64,000 nt of DNA from Guillardia theta CCMP2712 (taxonomy: Eukaryota; Protista; Cryptophyta). Below are positions 1 through 13,599 of the stretch, in pieces. The notes beneath the pieces were generated by a model. It was not told the origin of the DNA, made no database searches, and was given only the letters and a program-made list of their open reading frames with translations. The translations under genes were made by a program, and so were the position numbers. The stretch is from positions 825,023 to 889,022 of the forward strand of contig NW_005434673.1 of NCBI RefSeq assembly GCF_000315625.1. Reading direction: 5' to 3'. Each line of letters starts with the position of its first letter. Positions within the stretch are counted from its first letter, which is position 1.

Positions 1-2177
1 GACGGCGAACTCCAATGCCTCTGCTGCTATTAAAGTCACTTCCGCCGACCCCTTCAGCTACGAGTACCCTCTTCTCGTTCGAAACTCAGCCGCCACGAAG
101 GCCACTGTTGGGCTTATGCTCAAGGTATGGATTGCTCTCACCGTCTTTCTCGCTTCCTCACCCGCAGTAGATCGTCCTGGCATGGTCTGAAAGTTCTTTC
201 AGGGAACAGTCATCGACAACATCATGATTGGCGGTCCAGGCATGAACTGCAGGAAACTTGCCATCGGCGATGAGATCCTCAAGGTTGAAGAGTCGCCTTC
301 GAAGCCTGGCAGCCGGCTGATGTCCTCCCTCAGGTCGACGGCATTGTGGCAGATGTTGACAACGTGGTGGATCTCTTGGTCGGAACAGACGTCCCCGACA
401 GTCCTGTGAACCTTCTCATTCGCAAGAAGGTGAAGCGATAGCGGCATCCACGTCCTTTAACTCATTTCCGTCAGAACGGCACGCTGGAGGATATCAGTAT
501 CATCAGGATGGCAACTTCCAGGATCGCAGACAGGAGGCAGATGTTTGAGTACTTCACTCACATCAAGGACATCGCCGTTAAGGTCAGCGACACGAGGACA
601 GCGGAGCTCGTGGATGCCACTGTGGACCTTTGGAGCAAGATGCTACTTGCGCAGGAAGATTACAACAGCACGTAAGGCGGCAGCACTCCATGACATCATG
701 ACATGCCGATGACCGCTTCATGCATGCAGGGTGGTGACGAATGTGAGACAGATGCAGCTCAACATCGAGATGCTCTTGAAAGAACTCGTCGCTGCGCTGG
801 AGGACCTGTTTGCGAAAGCGAGGGATGAGAAAGAGTATTTCTATCGGGTCTGTGCAGACCTCTTGTGGTAGATTCTCACCCGGTCGAGCAGGAGGAAACA
901 GATTTCTATCAGATGATCTCCGAGCTGAAGCAAAGAATCATCGTCGTCGAGGCCGAAAGAGACGAGGTGGAGGCGGAAACGGCAGCAGTTCTCTTATTCG
1001 TATGACGCCACGTAGGCCATCTACAAACACAAGCCTTGCGAGCTCAATATCCAGACTCTGCAACGAAGGGTTCAAGCCCTGGAGGAGCAGCTCGACAAGG
1101 TTGTGTTTGAGATGTCATCGTGGTCTGTTGGGGTAATGATCGACTCCGAAGGCAATCAAAGATCATCTGCCTTGCGATAGCAAGATCCACGACTTGAAGT
1201 CGCAGTTGATCCGTCTTGAGAGTGACTTGGACCAGGTGAAGCTGGTCCTGCAGTTTTCTCTCGTCTCGGTGTTGGATGAGGGGATGAGGATGGGAACGAG
1301 GATGCAGTATAAAGGGCATGGGCCTGTAGGTGGACGAGAGGGGGCAGTACACTTTGAGGCAGCAAGTTTGACATGCCAAGATTGACATGCGCTTGTCCTC
1401 AGGCTGTGCACGTTCATCAGCCTTGTGCTGTGACGATCGAGAATCTCAAGACTCAGCTGAAGAACACGGAGGAGGATCGAGACTTGGTACCTCCTTCCTC
1501 TCCCGTTCTAGCATGACTCACATGGAACCCAGTGGATGAGAAAGCACAGCCCCTGCGACGACCTCATCGAATCGCTCAGGAGGGAGAACAAGCGGCTCGA
1601 GATGGAGCTGCGGAGGGTCTCTGACGACCATGCGCAATGCCCGGACCAGATCAACAACCTCAACAACAAGATCATGTTGCTCACAGCTGAGAAAGCAACG
1701 TTGGAGAAGGAGTTTCGCAAGTTGCAGGAGGAGCACGCCAACTGCCTGAAGCGCCCGGTGAAGCTCGCCGCTGCTATGCCGACCATCTGCGGGGTGGGTC
1801 TTCGTGTCGCCCAGCAGGACCACGGAGAGGTCTACATCTCCGAGATCATCCTGCATGGCTCGTGCTGGTGGATGAACAACAAGGGAGGGGACGTGAAGAA
1901 CTCCTGCCAGGTGACGAGAGGGAGTAGGAAGGGAGAGGCGGAAAAGGGATTGAATGATTTCCTTGTACAACAGGAGGGTGATATTCTGCTCTCCGTCGAC
2001 GGGCAGCCAGCAACGGATGTCAAGACCGTCCCCGATCAGGTTCGCGGGCCCGAAGGCTCCAAGGTCGAGCTGGAGCTCCGCAAGCCCTGCCAGGACGACT
2101 GCTCCTGTGGGGGTTCAGGTCGGCACATCGTATCCGTCACTCGCCGCCAGCCGAGCATGCAGCCTCTTGACGTCTGA
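1..2177 (+). CDS. Multi-exon PDZ-domain / coiled-coil protein (5' end outside window)
   Basis: Spliced exons give a PDZ-like segment (ATVGLMLK|GTVIDNIMIGGPGMNCRKLAIGDEILK|VDG), a long coiled-coil, and a C-terminal PDZ (CGVGLRV..GEVYISEII..EGDILLSVDG..VRGPEGSKVELELRK). GT-AG introns, e.g. 125-202. Confidence 0.75.
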
Positions 2178-2205
2178 ACTGCTTCCTTGCCTCCTGCTGT
2201 CGCAA

Positions 2206-5200
2206 CTAGAGAGGGATGTTTCCATGCTTCTTCCATGGGTTTGACAGCTGTGAGACAAGAGTGAAAGGGCTGAAGACAACAACATCACTAGCATGCTCAG
2301 CACGCCCCCACCTGCTTGTGGAGCAGCGCGTCAAGCTCCATGCACAATCTTGTACGGGTGGTGTGAGGCTCGATGACAGCATCGATGTATCCTCTCCTCG
2401 CTGCGGTCAAGGGGTTCGCAAAAAGCCTCTCGTACTTCTCCACCTCCGCCTTCGTCCTCGAGCCATCCAACCCTCGAAAAATGATGTTCACAGCACCTGC
2501 TCCCCCTTCAGTTCTCCTCCTCCTCCTCCTCCTCCTCCTCCTCCTTCGCTCTTGTCCTCCCCGCTCACCTGCTGCTCCCATCACCGCAATCTCTGAGTTG
2601 GGCCAGGCGAGGTTGATGTCTCCACGCAGATGCTTCGATGCCATCACATCATACGCTCCACCTGAGAACCAGTCACTTGCCCTCCTCTTCTCTGCGGCCA
2701 ACTGCTTTATCTCTTGCTCCACTAGGAAATCTGATTTCTTGAGGGCTTCCCTATACTGCTCGCTTCTCTTGCCGTCCTATCTTTGCCCTTCTCCTGCAAC
2801 AGCTAACCTTGCGCAGCAAATCTTCCCACCGCCTTCTGCTACTTCTTTCCACTCCTTCCTTCCCCTCCCATCTCTCCTCTGCTCTCCATCCAACGTCTTG
2901 CCTCACCATAGGCCTTGCGTGTGATAACCGTGAGCTTCGGCACTGTCGCCTCCGCGTAGGCATAGAGCAGCTTCGCGCCATTCCTGATGATGCCTCCCTG
3001 CTCTTGAGAGAGCCCAGGAAGAAATCCAGGCACATCGACCTGCAAGTCATCAGCTCAGGAGGAGTTGGGGGGAATGGTGATGGTGTTGACGATGGTGATG
3101 GGGAGGAGGAGGAGAAACTCGTGCTACCATGGTCAGGATGGGGATATTGAAGCAGTCGCAGAACCGCACGAAGCGAGCGCCTGCATGAAGAGGATGAGAG
3201 CAAGGATGAGCAAAACTTCAATTCACCTTTGACTGAGGCGTCGATGTCCAGGCAGCCTGCAAGATGCAGCGGCTGGTTGCCGACAACTCCGACGGTTCTT
3301 CCCTCAAGGCGAGCTTGCATCAACGTCATGGTCGTCATCACCTCATACACCTTCTCCTCTATCATCTCTTCCTTTTCCTCTTGCTCTTCCCCTTTCCCAT
3401 CTCTTCGTTTCAGACCCTTCCCTCTCCCACCCATCCCACATCCTCGTCATCCTCACCGAAACCGCAGATGATGTTTTGCGCGTAAGCCGGCATGATCTCG
3501 TAGAAATCGTTGTCATCAACAATCTGACGAGAATAGTGTCACAACGTGAACGTCAAACAGCGAGGAGTCATAACCTTCTTTATGATCTCATGCATGTCGT
3601 AAGGAGTGTTGGGATCATCGGGGACAATCCGACCGAGCGACAATTCCTGCGCAGGGGACATGGTCAAGTGAGATCCTTTCCTCTTACGCTTCATCCTCTG
3701 TCTCCTTCTCTTCTTCTTTCCTCACTCATCTGTTTCTCCTTCCCGCGCTCTCTCCTCCTGATCCTTTTCATCTTGCCTGCCTGTCTCGTCGATCCTGGGT
3801 GTACCTTCTCGGCGCCTAGCGAGCAAGGTTAAAAATAGTGCATGGAGATATTGTATCGAGACGAGGAGGGGAAGGCAGCAAGGCAATTTACTCCATCACC
3901 TGCTCCTTGTTGTTCAACGGAAGAAAGTTGAAGAGTCTCCTGGTCGCTTGCAGCGCGTCGATCTCGTTCTCTGCTGAGAGGTGCGCAACTCCTGAGATCT
4001 TAGTGTGCACCGCTGCTCCTCCGAGCTCCGCTGTTGTCACATCTTCATGAGTCACTGTCTTGACAACCTACACACACGTTAAGACGTAGCAGGTGACGGA
4101 GGCAAGATAGAGGGGACGAGCGAATGGAAGGGAGGGAAGAGAAACAGAGGAGAGAAGCGGATTGAGCCAGTAATCGTCATCGACCTGAGGACCAGTAATG
4201 AACAGATGCGAAGTGTTCTCAACCTGATAAAATACGCATGAGACGTTTGCGAACAGTTCGGAATCCTGCAAATGACCATGATGATGAAGTCCGTCAACGC
4301 AGGAGAGTATACAGCCCCTCCAGCACATGGTCCCATGATCACTGAGAGCTGGGGAACGACGCCTGACGCCAGCACATTCCTCTGGAAAATTTCCGCATAT
4401 CCTCCGAGGGAGTCAACTCCTTCCTGCAATGGGATGGCATGAATACCCCTGTCATCATCTCCTCCTCCTCCATTACTACTGTCTCTTCCTCTCTGTCTCA
4501 TCCTCATCCTCATCCCCGTCCTCATCCTCCTGCTCCTGCTCCTCCTCCCTCTCCTCGTTCCTACCTGGATGCGCGCTCCTCCTGAATCGTTCAGTCCGAT
4601 CACAGGTGCACCCACTCGCATGGCCTTGTCCATGATCTTCTGAATCTTCAACGAGTGGGCCTCGGACAAGCTTCCTCCCAACACGGTGAAGTCTTGGCTG
4701 AAGACGAACACAAGCCTTCCGTTGATCGCTCCTTGCCCAGTCACCACTGAATCTCCAGGGTACTTCTGCTTCTCCATGCCGAATTCCGCGCAACGGTGCT
4801 CGAGCAGCTGGTCGTACTCGATGAATGAACCCTCGTCCAGCAGGATCTCAAGACGCTCTCTGGCTGTCAATTTCCCCTTCTCATGCTGCTTGTCTATGCG
4901 CTCCTGGCCTCCTCCCTTGTATGCCTTCGCCGTCAGGGCGGCAAGCTCCTCTTTGAACTGCGCTACTCGGGATTTCGGTTGAGCAGGCAGTGACCCTTGA
5001 CTGAACCACCGACGGTTGCATCTAATCCCTACGACGAGTGACCTGCATGAACCTATCAGACAGGAAAATACATGCAGCAATGAATGAGGTCGATTCGTGC
5101 TTCAGCGTTCAGAGGACTAAGGTTTCTGCTGCACGAGTATTGCAGTGGAGAGCGACTCAAACATGATAGGAAGCAGATGATGGTTTGAACTAGCAGCCAG

Positions 5201-5454
5201 GAGAGTGCAGAGGACAGAGCCTGGTACTTTCACAGCTGGGGATGGTACAGATCCATAGAGGGATACAACACATGCAACACGGGATGCGACGAGTTGAGAG
5301 AGCATGAGGGTGGAAGAGAAGAGAAGCAGGACAAGAGGAAGGTGGAGACTGGAGGGAGGCAACAAGGGAGGAGGAGGAGGAGGAGGCGCGAGGTCAGAGG
5401 AGCTCTCTTCCGTTACCTCATCGTCGGCAGCATCACGCGCATGCGCCCCGCCAT
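2206..5454 (-). CDS. PCCB: Propionyl-CoA carboxylase beta chain (carboxyltransferase), mitochondrial, multi-exon
   Basis: Motifs [94 protein letters not shown]. Last exon [13 protein letters not shown] with stop at 2206. First exon [13 protein letters not shown] resembles a transit peptide. Confidence 0.95.
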
Positions 5455-5485
5455 GGCTGGCACTGCAACAACCCCGGCCCCACCT

Positions 5486-5612
5486 CTCAAACTTTGAACC
5501 CTTCAAGTTTCAAAGTTTTGAACCAAAGTTTGAAACTTCAATTTGATGCCGCACCCCCGGCGCCCGCCGGGCCGGGCCGCGGGGGCCGGCCCCACAGCAG
5601 CGGCCGGGCCAC
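5486..5612. promoter_or_regulatory. Putative promoter element: TTTGAA/TTCAAA cluster next to a GC-rich GGCCC/CCGGG island
   Basis: Four TTTGAA/TTCAAA hexamers in 5493-5534, followed by cccgccgggccgggccgcgggggccggcccc, immediately upstream of the PCCB ATG. Confidence 0.4.
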
Positions 5613-5805
5613 GGCAACTTGCAAGTCGGCATTCACGTTCACCATTTACTTATTCAAATACTGTGACAGGGATTATCATGCAAACTGTGACAAAAACAAC
5701 TTAGGACTGAGCAAGCCTTGAAGGAGCTAGAATACACAGACTCAAATAGATTACATCACACGATGGGCCGCAGGCTCTTGCAGCCACTTGGACATCACAG
5801 CAACT

Positions 5806-6903
5806 TCATGATGGCGTGACCTTCTGCCTTTCTGCTGCGCTCGCACCATCTTCCGACGTCAAAGGCGGCGCTCTTCTCTTCCCTGACCGAAGGAGTCCTG
5901 CAAACTCACCGATGAACTCCTTACTGTCCCACTGAACTTTCTCAGCTTTCTTTCCATCAGCCGTAATGGTGACTGCAGAGGGCGTGGAAGAGGCGGAAGA
6001 AGCTGCAGCATCTTTGAGGGCCTGATCTGCTAGCTGCAGGAGGCAATCCAAGCCATCACCTGTCACCTCTACGTCTCCATCCACGGAAGAAACAGTACCA
6101 GCGCATGCTGCGGTACTGCCCTTGCTGCCAGAAGTGAATACGATTCCTTGCTCTCCAGTCTTGTCATTGATTGTTTGGCACCTCTTCTTGATAGATTCAG
6201 CCAGCACCCCAATCGTTGCTGTTGGACCCATATGACCTCGAAGAATGGCCTGACTCAACTTTTCACCGTTCTCGATAAGCAGTTCCCTCATCAACTTCAC
6301 GGCTCTTGTCTTTGCCTGTTTACTGTAAACAAGTCAGTATCAGAAGGATTATTGTGACATATCTCACCGAAGTCTGTCCGCAGTGCCTTGATTTGTGATG
6401 TCAACACAGGAGGAGTCATACTCCATTGCAACTGCCAGATGCGGACAAAGGATGACCAGGGGAGCTGGACATTGATTCCCATGGCCGGCAATGTAGCCTT
6501 GTACAGCCTGAGAGCTTCAATGAGACCCTCAACAGCAGAAAGGCAAGACATCATACCTTGGCGTCTTCGCTATTGGAAACAAAGACTCGAAGCTTGATTT
6601 CCTCTTCTTCGACAGCTTCTTTGTGTTTTTTGGTATCAACGTTGCTCACTTTTTGAAGGGAGATTCGGATGACCTGTGGGAGAAGCGTTCAGAGCTAAGA
6701 ATCCAAAAATCGATCGAGTAGCTGAAATTTACCTGCTCCTTTGGGACCTTCGACGAAGCGTGCTGTAAACGCTCCAAGACACGATTGGGAGTGCCGGGAT
6801 CTAAGACTCCCTCCCCCACGGCAGCCACAAAAAGTCCGACGGGAAAATATGCTGCTTCACTCTGATTCCGAGCGTGATCGGATCCTCCAGAAGGATTCTC
6901 CAA
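5806..6903 (-). CDS. Hypothetical protein, probably multi-exon
   Basis: Consecutive protein-like minus-strand ORFs 6646-6903, 6297-6554 and 5806-6300 separated by intron-sized gaps. No family recognised. Confidence 0.45.
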
Positions 6904-7150
6904 TTCGCTTTGATGTTGCCTGGCACGTTCCAGAAATGCTTTCCTGCAAGAGCGATCAATCCGAGTGCCTAAAGATTGGTTTCATACCTTAGTTCGTTCT
7001 TGGCATACAGATGAGACTGAGATGCTGATGTGACACTTTGCCACTTTTCACTGAGAGCTTTACAAGCAATCGCCAAAGATCTTGCATGTCCAAGGGGATA
7101 GAGTCCAGTGTCCGTCGAAACACTCAATTTACACAAAATTCGACCCTGAA

Positions 7151-8094
7151 CTAAAGTAAGGGGAAAGGCTCAGATGCTACAAGAAAACTTACCACACAGA
7201 AGAGGTACACTAGTTTAACGACCTGGGATGCACGCTCCACCAAAAATTTCTGCTCTTGTTCAGATTTACCGCGTGTTAGTGATTCGATCATCCTTTCCCT
7301 TGCTTCGTTTGTGGGGCCACAATAAATCTTGCAATGGGTGCCGATCATAAAGTGCTCATCCGAGCCTTCGATTCGCATCTCGACCATAGAAGGAATCATG
7401 GCATCCTCCTTGCCTTTCATGAAAAGTTCAGGGTGTGCTTTCAGCGACGCAATGTGGTAATCCGCACACTCCTTCTCCGTGGGGAAAATCAATCTCATAT
7501 CTGATACACTCAAGGAGTTGCTTTTCCAGTCGCACTTTCCTACAGCAGTTCCTCGATATGTTGTAAACAGGTTGTTCTTGTCTGATACTCTGGAGGCAAA
7601 GACAGGATGCGATTCGTGCAATTTCTGCCATGAGTTGCAACCTGTTGTGGACGAAAGATCGTGATCCTGAAGCATAAGGCCACTTATTGCCCTTCTCAGA
7701 TCCGGATGGGTCTGATTATCATGGTTGTTAGAGTTCAAATGCATCATGGTATACACCAAATTCGAATTGATGTCCTGCATTGCCAACTTCGTGCACAAAT
7801 TGTTCCAAACTTCAATCTGTTCCTAGTGGCTGATCAAACACAAAATAAAGGCGCAGTTGAATAAGGGGCGTCAAGATAGTTCGATTCCGCAAGTGATCGA
7901 AGGAATACGAGCACTGATATCGACGAATTCGTCGAAAGCGGCGCCGATTGTGTCGTATCGGCTGTTTTGCACGTGCACAGCCACCTAACAGGAACGAGGA
8001 ATGCACCAAAGTCACACTCAACAGACCACGCAGATTCTGTCAAAACAGAGAATCGTATGCCAAAAGGCCTCCAAACCGAACGAAAGCGAAACAC
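7151..8094 (-). CDS. Hypothetical protein (215-aa ORF plus probable upstream exon)
   Basis: ORF 7151-7798 has globular-protein composition. No family recognised. Confidence 0.4.
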
Positions 8095-8219
8095 GAGGTC
8101 AAAGACGACGAAACTTGGGAAAACTTGGGAAATCGAGGAGCGAGATGTTTTGAAGTTCTACAAAGTCGAAGTCGGCAGGGGTTGGCTCTGACTGAGATAT
8201 GGCAGCAAGCACAGAGATA

Positions 8220-8880
8220 GTGAGAGGGGCTATCAAGAGGGAAGATTGTGGCATGCCAGCGCAGTAGGCACGGCGCCGATGCCTGCGAGCAAGTAGTTGC
8301 GAGCCATAAACAAGAGCATGAGAAGCAGGTATGAGGGGTTGTAGGTTTTTGGTGCAAAGGGAGGGTAGTCCTAATAAGGAAAATGTTTTGAGTTGGAGGA
8401 AGGGTGGTAAGCAGCGCTACAAGGGGGGTGGGGTCGTTGAAGAACAAAGGAATAATAAGAGCAAAGTCAGATGGAGGGGTCCTACTCTGGATAATTGTGG
8501 GTAGGGGTACTGCTGTCCGGTAGTTGCAGCTGGGTCAAGAGAAAACCGAGCGACTGTAACCCACCCCTTCTAAGAGTATGAAAACGTTCAGGTAAGTAGG
8601 GGTAGTACTGTCTGGTGTGGACAGGGAAGTGTGTGAGTTCCGAATCGTGACGGTGGGTAGTGTCCGAAGGTGATCTGTAGGTGGGTGGGGTAGGAGATCT
8701 CACCATGTTAGAAGTAATTGTTGTAGGGTAAAAGGAGGTAGGGTAGTCAGAAAGAAGGTAGAAGCCTCTAGGGGCTATTGAAATGTACACCTCCTAATTC
8801 AAGGCGTGGGGTAGTGGCTAGAAGGGGTGGGTATTTATGACGATAACACAGGGGTGGTGGGGCCACTTGGCCTCCAAATA
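8220..8880. other. Strand-biased G-rich non-coding tract (GGGT/GGGGTGGGT motifs)
   Basis: Many gggt/ggggtgggta runs with no credible ORF. Similar tracts at about 23125-23330 (C-rich on +), 31540-31680 and 57080-57560. Confidence 0.4.
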
Positions 8881-8963
8881 CGTTTTGAAACGATCAAGAA
8901 AAAAGAATAAATAAGTTTTGCAGGATTGATCCGTTCAAGGATTTGGCATTACCGTACTGATTC

Positions 8964-11900
8964 TTACTCGCAGCGCAGGTTCCTGTATGAGACATACCGA
9001 CTGTGTCCCTTCCCCGACGTCGCACGCATCTTGTAGTCGCACAGCGCCAGCTGCAGCTCGCACACGTGCCCCGACACCCCGACCCTCCACGTCTCGTTCG
9101 TCACCAGGCACACGTTCAAGCACACGTCCCTGTATCCCCCTGTCTGCCGGGCATCGTGGCGGCGATCGAACCTGTTCTTGACTCGGATGACTTGGAGGTC
9201 TGGATCTTCAGCAATCATCTCCAAGCACGCATGCAGCTCCTTCAGATCCTCGAACATGATGCTCTGCCTTACGATGTCCACGAGCCTCGACACGTCCCCA
9301 GCATACGCCCTCGAGAGCTTCTCTACACATCTGTCGATGCTCTTCAGTTTGGCAAAGCGCGCTTTGCCCCTCAAAGCCTCGTCTAGCTTGCAGTCCCTCC
9401 ATCGCATCGGCTTGCACCTGGCTTCGCTCGTTTCATCCTCCACCAAGCAGAAGCCTCCCGCCCTCTCTGCGAGACTCTTGACCTTGTCTAGAAACAGCGG
9501 GTCCAGCAGGAATGCCTGCATGTAGAGCTGATCAAAGCACTGGATCCGTCTCGATCGTGCTGCCTCAGTCCATCCAAGCATACCCTTCACCCCATCAAGC
9601 AGACGCATCAGCACTCCCACAGCTGTTTGACTTCGCACTACGAACCCAGCGGAGGAATACCCGAATCGAGAGCCTCGTCGGAAGCGAGACACGGCCTGGT
9701 ACTGTGACAACTGTCGCCCTACACCCAGACACTCGGTCAGTGTTGAGATCTTTTCTATACATCGCTGGCTGTCCGGATCTCGCAACAACTTCGTCGTCAG
9801 ATCGTCATAGTGCCTGCAATCTTCTGCGACGTGCTGCCATGCTCGATACAAGACGATCCTGTTGTACAGCAACCAGGCAACAAATGTGAAGATTAGGACG
9901 GGAGCGCTGCTGGGAGCTCTGAAGCCGATGCCAAGATACAACCACGAGTAAACATTGATTGCCACAGAGCTCAGACATGCATGAAACAGCAGGTAGTGCA
10001 TGACATATCTCTCTTTGAACCAGCTCGTCAGCCCCAGTCCGAAGAGCGAGCTTCCCACGATCCACCAGTAGAAGGATGACTCTATGGTGGTACACAAGAC
10101 ATGCATCACTGCCATGCAAGTCCCTATGCTTCCCAGCACGAAGTACAGGTTTACCCAAAAGAACTTCGCCGCAATCGGTCTCCGCATCCATCCCATCACA
10201 GCAGTCATGGTATAGTGGAACGATACCAACACTCCGTACAATGGAAGCATCGTTTGAAACCATGGCGGTCGATGATCGAACGCGTGGACATGGTTGCGCA
10301 ATCTGCTTGTCTTGTACTCTCGTCGTGCTAGAGGGTGACATCTTGCCGAATACATCTTCCAGTGGCACTCCGGTCCCCCGTATACTTCCCAGGCTCTGCT
10401 TGGAAGCGTCCAGGGCGCATCGGAGGGAACCGAGGAGAAGGAAAAGACAAACAACGCAGGGTCGCTCTCCTCTGTGCCGTTCTCGACACTTGTGCGAAAG
10501 AACCATCCGTTGGCAACGACCGCCTCCTCGAAAGAAGCGTACAGGGAGTTGTTGTAGCCCCAGAGCCTTGTCTTGGAGCAGTTGAGCTCGTAGCCGTTGT
10601 GAAGCAAACCGACGCTTGCAATCCCAGGGCCTCTCGGAGATTTTCCGTCCCTGGCCATCAACGTCGTGAAGCGCAGGTGGCGACTTGTGAAAGACATCTC
10701 TGCTCGAATTGTATCAGAATCTCCGCCTGGCTTGAAGATTCTCCATATCTGCACGGCCGCCTGCAATACCAAGAAAAGCTGAAGCGCAAGCTTCTGTGAG
10801 CCTAGCTTGATCGGAGCTGTCCCGAACATCACACTGCTTATGTCAGCTCGTTCCACTCCATGGCAAACATCCGCTAAGTACCTCTCCAACAGGTCACCCG
10901 GGAAGCAGCACTTCTGCCTCATCAACGCCCGGACGCGATTCTCCTCTGCTGCCATGTCGCAGGATGCAGCGTTGACAGTCTTCTCCGTGTGACCGCATGG
11001 CTCCTCGTTCCCCCATTGCTTGTCCTGCAGCGCCATGCCGCTGACCCGTTGATATGCTGACCCGTCTCCATCTCCCAACAGCTCACAGACTTGATCATAC
11101 AACACGTACGATTCGTCCTCATCTTCTTTCCAAGCTCCCAAGAAGCTCTCAAGCGCCAGCTGCAGCTCGCACACGTGCCCCGACACCCCGACCCTCCACG
11201 TCTCGTTCGTCACCAGGCACACGTTCAAGCACACGTCCCTGTATCCCCCTGTCTGCCGGGCATCGTAGTGGCGATCGAACCTGTTCTTGACTCGGATGAC
11301 TTGGAGGTCTGGATCTTTTGCTATCACTTCAATACAAGACCGGACATCTCTCAAGTCCCTGCATACCAACCTGGCGCTCACGACGTCCACGAGCCTCGAC
11401 ACGTCACCGTCGTAAGCTACAACAGCCTTCTCTACGCACCCCTCAAAGTCCTTGAGCAAGGTTCCATCCGGGGCAAGGTCTAGCGAGACTCCGTCGAGAC
11501 CCGAGCAGATCGCCTTGACCTTGCTGAGGAACTGGTCGTGCACTACGATTGCCTGCAGGAAGAGTTGGTCGAGTGACTTGACTCGGCTGTCCCTTGACTG
11601 AGCTGCCATGTATCGTGTGAAGCGCTCGCTTCCAAGGCCGTAGGCAAAGCCCTCTTCAGCCTGCCTTGTCGAGGTATGGTGCCTGTAGGTACGCCGCTGG
11701 CTTTCAAGATTGAGCTCTGAGATCGTCCGAGAGAGAGAGTCCAAGTAGGGAAGAATCTGCTCTTTGCTCTCGTCGAAGATCGATGCATATTCCTCCACGC
11801 CTTCCATGGCTACTCGCCTCGATCTCCGCTTGGTTCCCTCCCTCAGCACTAACAACAAGACCATGAAGGTCAGAGCCAGGATGGCGCTGACACTGATCCT

Positions 11901-13190
11901 TGCGGTCAGGGCAAGGGAGCAGGCGATCATGTACAACGCGCAGACGAGCATCTGCTCAAACGCGACGGCCTCGGAGATCACCGCAGGACCTGGAAAGATC
12001 ACCATCATCTGCATCAGCTCAAATCAGCTTTCACTTCGCCTGCTCATGCACAAAGCGATTCTCACCCCCAGCGCTTGCAGTGCATACAGAGCCTCGGCCG
12101 TGCTGTAGTGACCCCACTCATACCGCCAGAACAGTCCCAGATACGTCATCGACCATAAGAGGCTTCCAAGGCCCATCGCCTGCACATCCCTGATGTCAGT
12201 CCAGCATGCATCGATCAACTCATGACTCGAATCACCTTTACCGCACCTTCGTACTTCTCTGTCCGGGACAAGACCAGCGCAAGCACGATGCAGATCACTG
12301 CTACCAGGCTCCTACATGCGTCCATGTACTCCATCCACTTGCATTCCACCCCGGATAGATGCAGCTCAATCAGCTGTCTCCTCCCCTTACCGCATGTCAA
12401 GGACCCGGATCTGTCTTGGTCCTCCCTCCCCAGTCCTCTCATCACCGCACGACCGCACGCTCCTGACCTCCTCAGGTCCTTCCAGTGATGCCCGTCGCTC
12501 GACCCTTCTATCTTCAAGTCTGCTAGCCGAGCTGCCCCCCCTCCATCGGTCAAAAGGAAGTAGATCCCGTCTGTGACTGTCGCATGACGCATCGTGATGT
12601 AGCTCGCGTCTCCGTCTGGAGAGATCCTGTGTATCTGTATCCTCGACTCCGCCCGGCACACCTCAGCTCCGTCCTCAGGGGTAGGAAACAAGTGTCCTTG
12701 AGACATGACACCCCAGTCTTCTATCTCGCTCAACGATGACTTGTTGTGCACGGTAGAGACTCGGAAGTGGGAGAAAGTCTCTTGAGCAATCAAGCTCCTG
12801 ACTTGTACGAGGAGAGAGTCATGAGGATGCAGGAAGATGAAGATGAGCATCATCAAGACGAGGCCAAGCTGCGCGTGCGCGAGAGTCAATGCTGCAGAGA
12901 GCGGCTTTCTGGACACCAGTATCCTCCAAGGTCTCTTGACGTATTGATGCGAGCTTTGAGTCCTCAGCCTGCTCTGCCAGTAGTCGCCACGGCGTCTGAT
13001 CATCTCATCCATACCAAGGTGATAGAGTCTATCAAGATAAGCATGTGACCTGTCCATCTCCTTGTGGTTATTTGTCTCCTTGCAAGGCTGCACCAGGCTT
13101 GTGCCTCCTTGTCACCTTCGGCATCCACCAATGCTTTGCGGTCTCAATGGCCAACCTGCCATGGGACAGAGGCGGTTCATTCTCAACCAT
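8964..13190 (-). CDS. Multi-pass membrane protein with two RelA/SpoT-synthetase-like nucleotidyltransferase domains, copy 1
   Basis: The 1016-aa ORF (8964-12014) joins ORFs 12024-12218 and 12215-13093 through two roughly 55-bp GT-AG introns. Domain motifs LKSIDRCVEK, LVDIVR, RVKNRF, GGYRD..LN, CELQL. A 1-bp insertion near 13110 shifts the N-terminus relative to copy 2. Confidence 0.7.
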
Positions 13191-13599
13191 CACGGCGATC
13201 CTTGTGCTTCTTGTGCTGATGCGCCTTCACAGCTCCCTCCATCTATCGTCACAAAGGTTCTCTGTATTGACTGAAAAAGAAGGGCAAACCGGAGCAAACA
13301 AAGGAGGGGGAGGATAGAGTCTACAAACCCGCCTCAATAAAATACTAGGAAAAGAAAAAGGCAGCGAAAACCGCTTTAGATGTAGTCTCAGAGGTCCATG
13401 ACTCAACAACACTTCTACTGAGTGACTCCATCTCGCTGTTTCAATGACACAGAACTGAGCAACGTCTAACGAGGTTTCACAAGATTTACCAGAGCAACTT
13501 GCGTTTATTACAACCTAGGATATCATTCACTGTGGCACTTGACCATGAATTATATGTTTTGCAAACCTTTAAACCATCCAATTCAAGTTACAGCCAAAA

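Noticed and set aside
12215-12218. Overlapping stop/start suggesting an operon or programmed frameshift in the receptor genes
   Set aside because: Explained by ordinary short GT-AG introns at the same positions in both copies.
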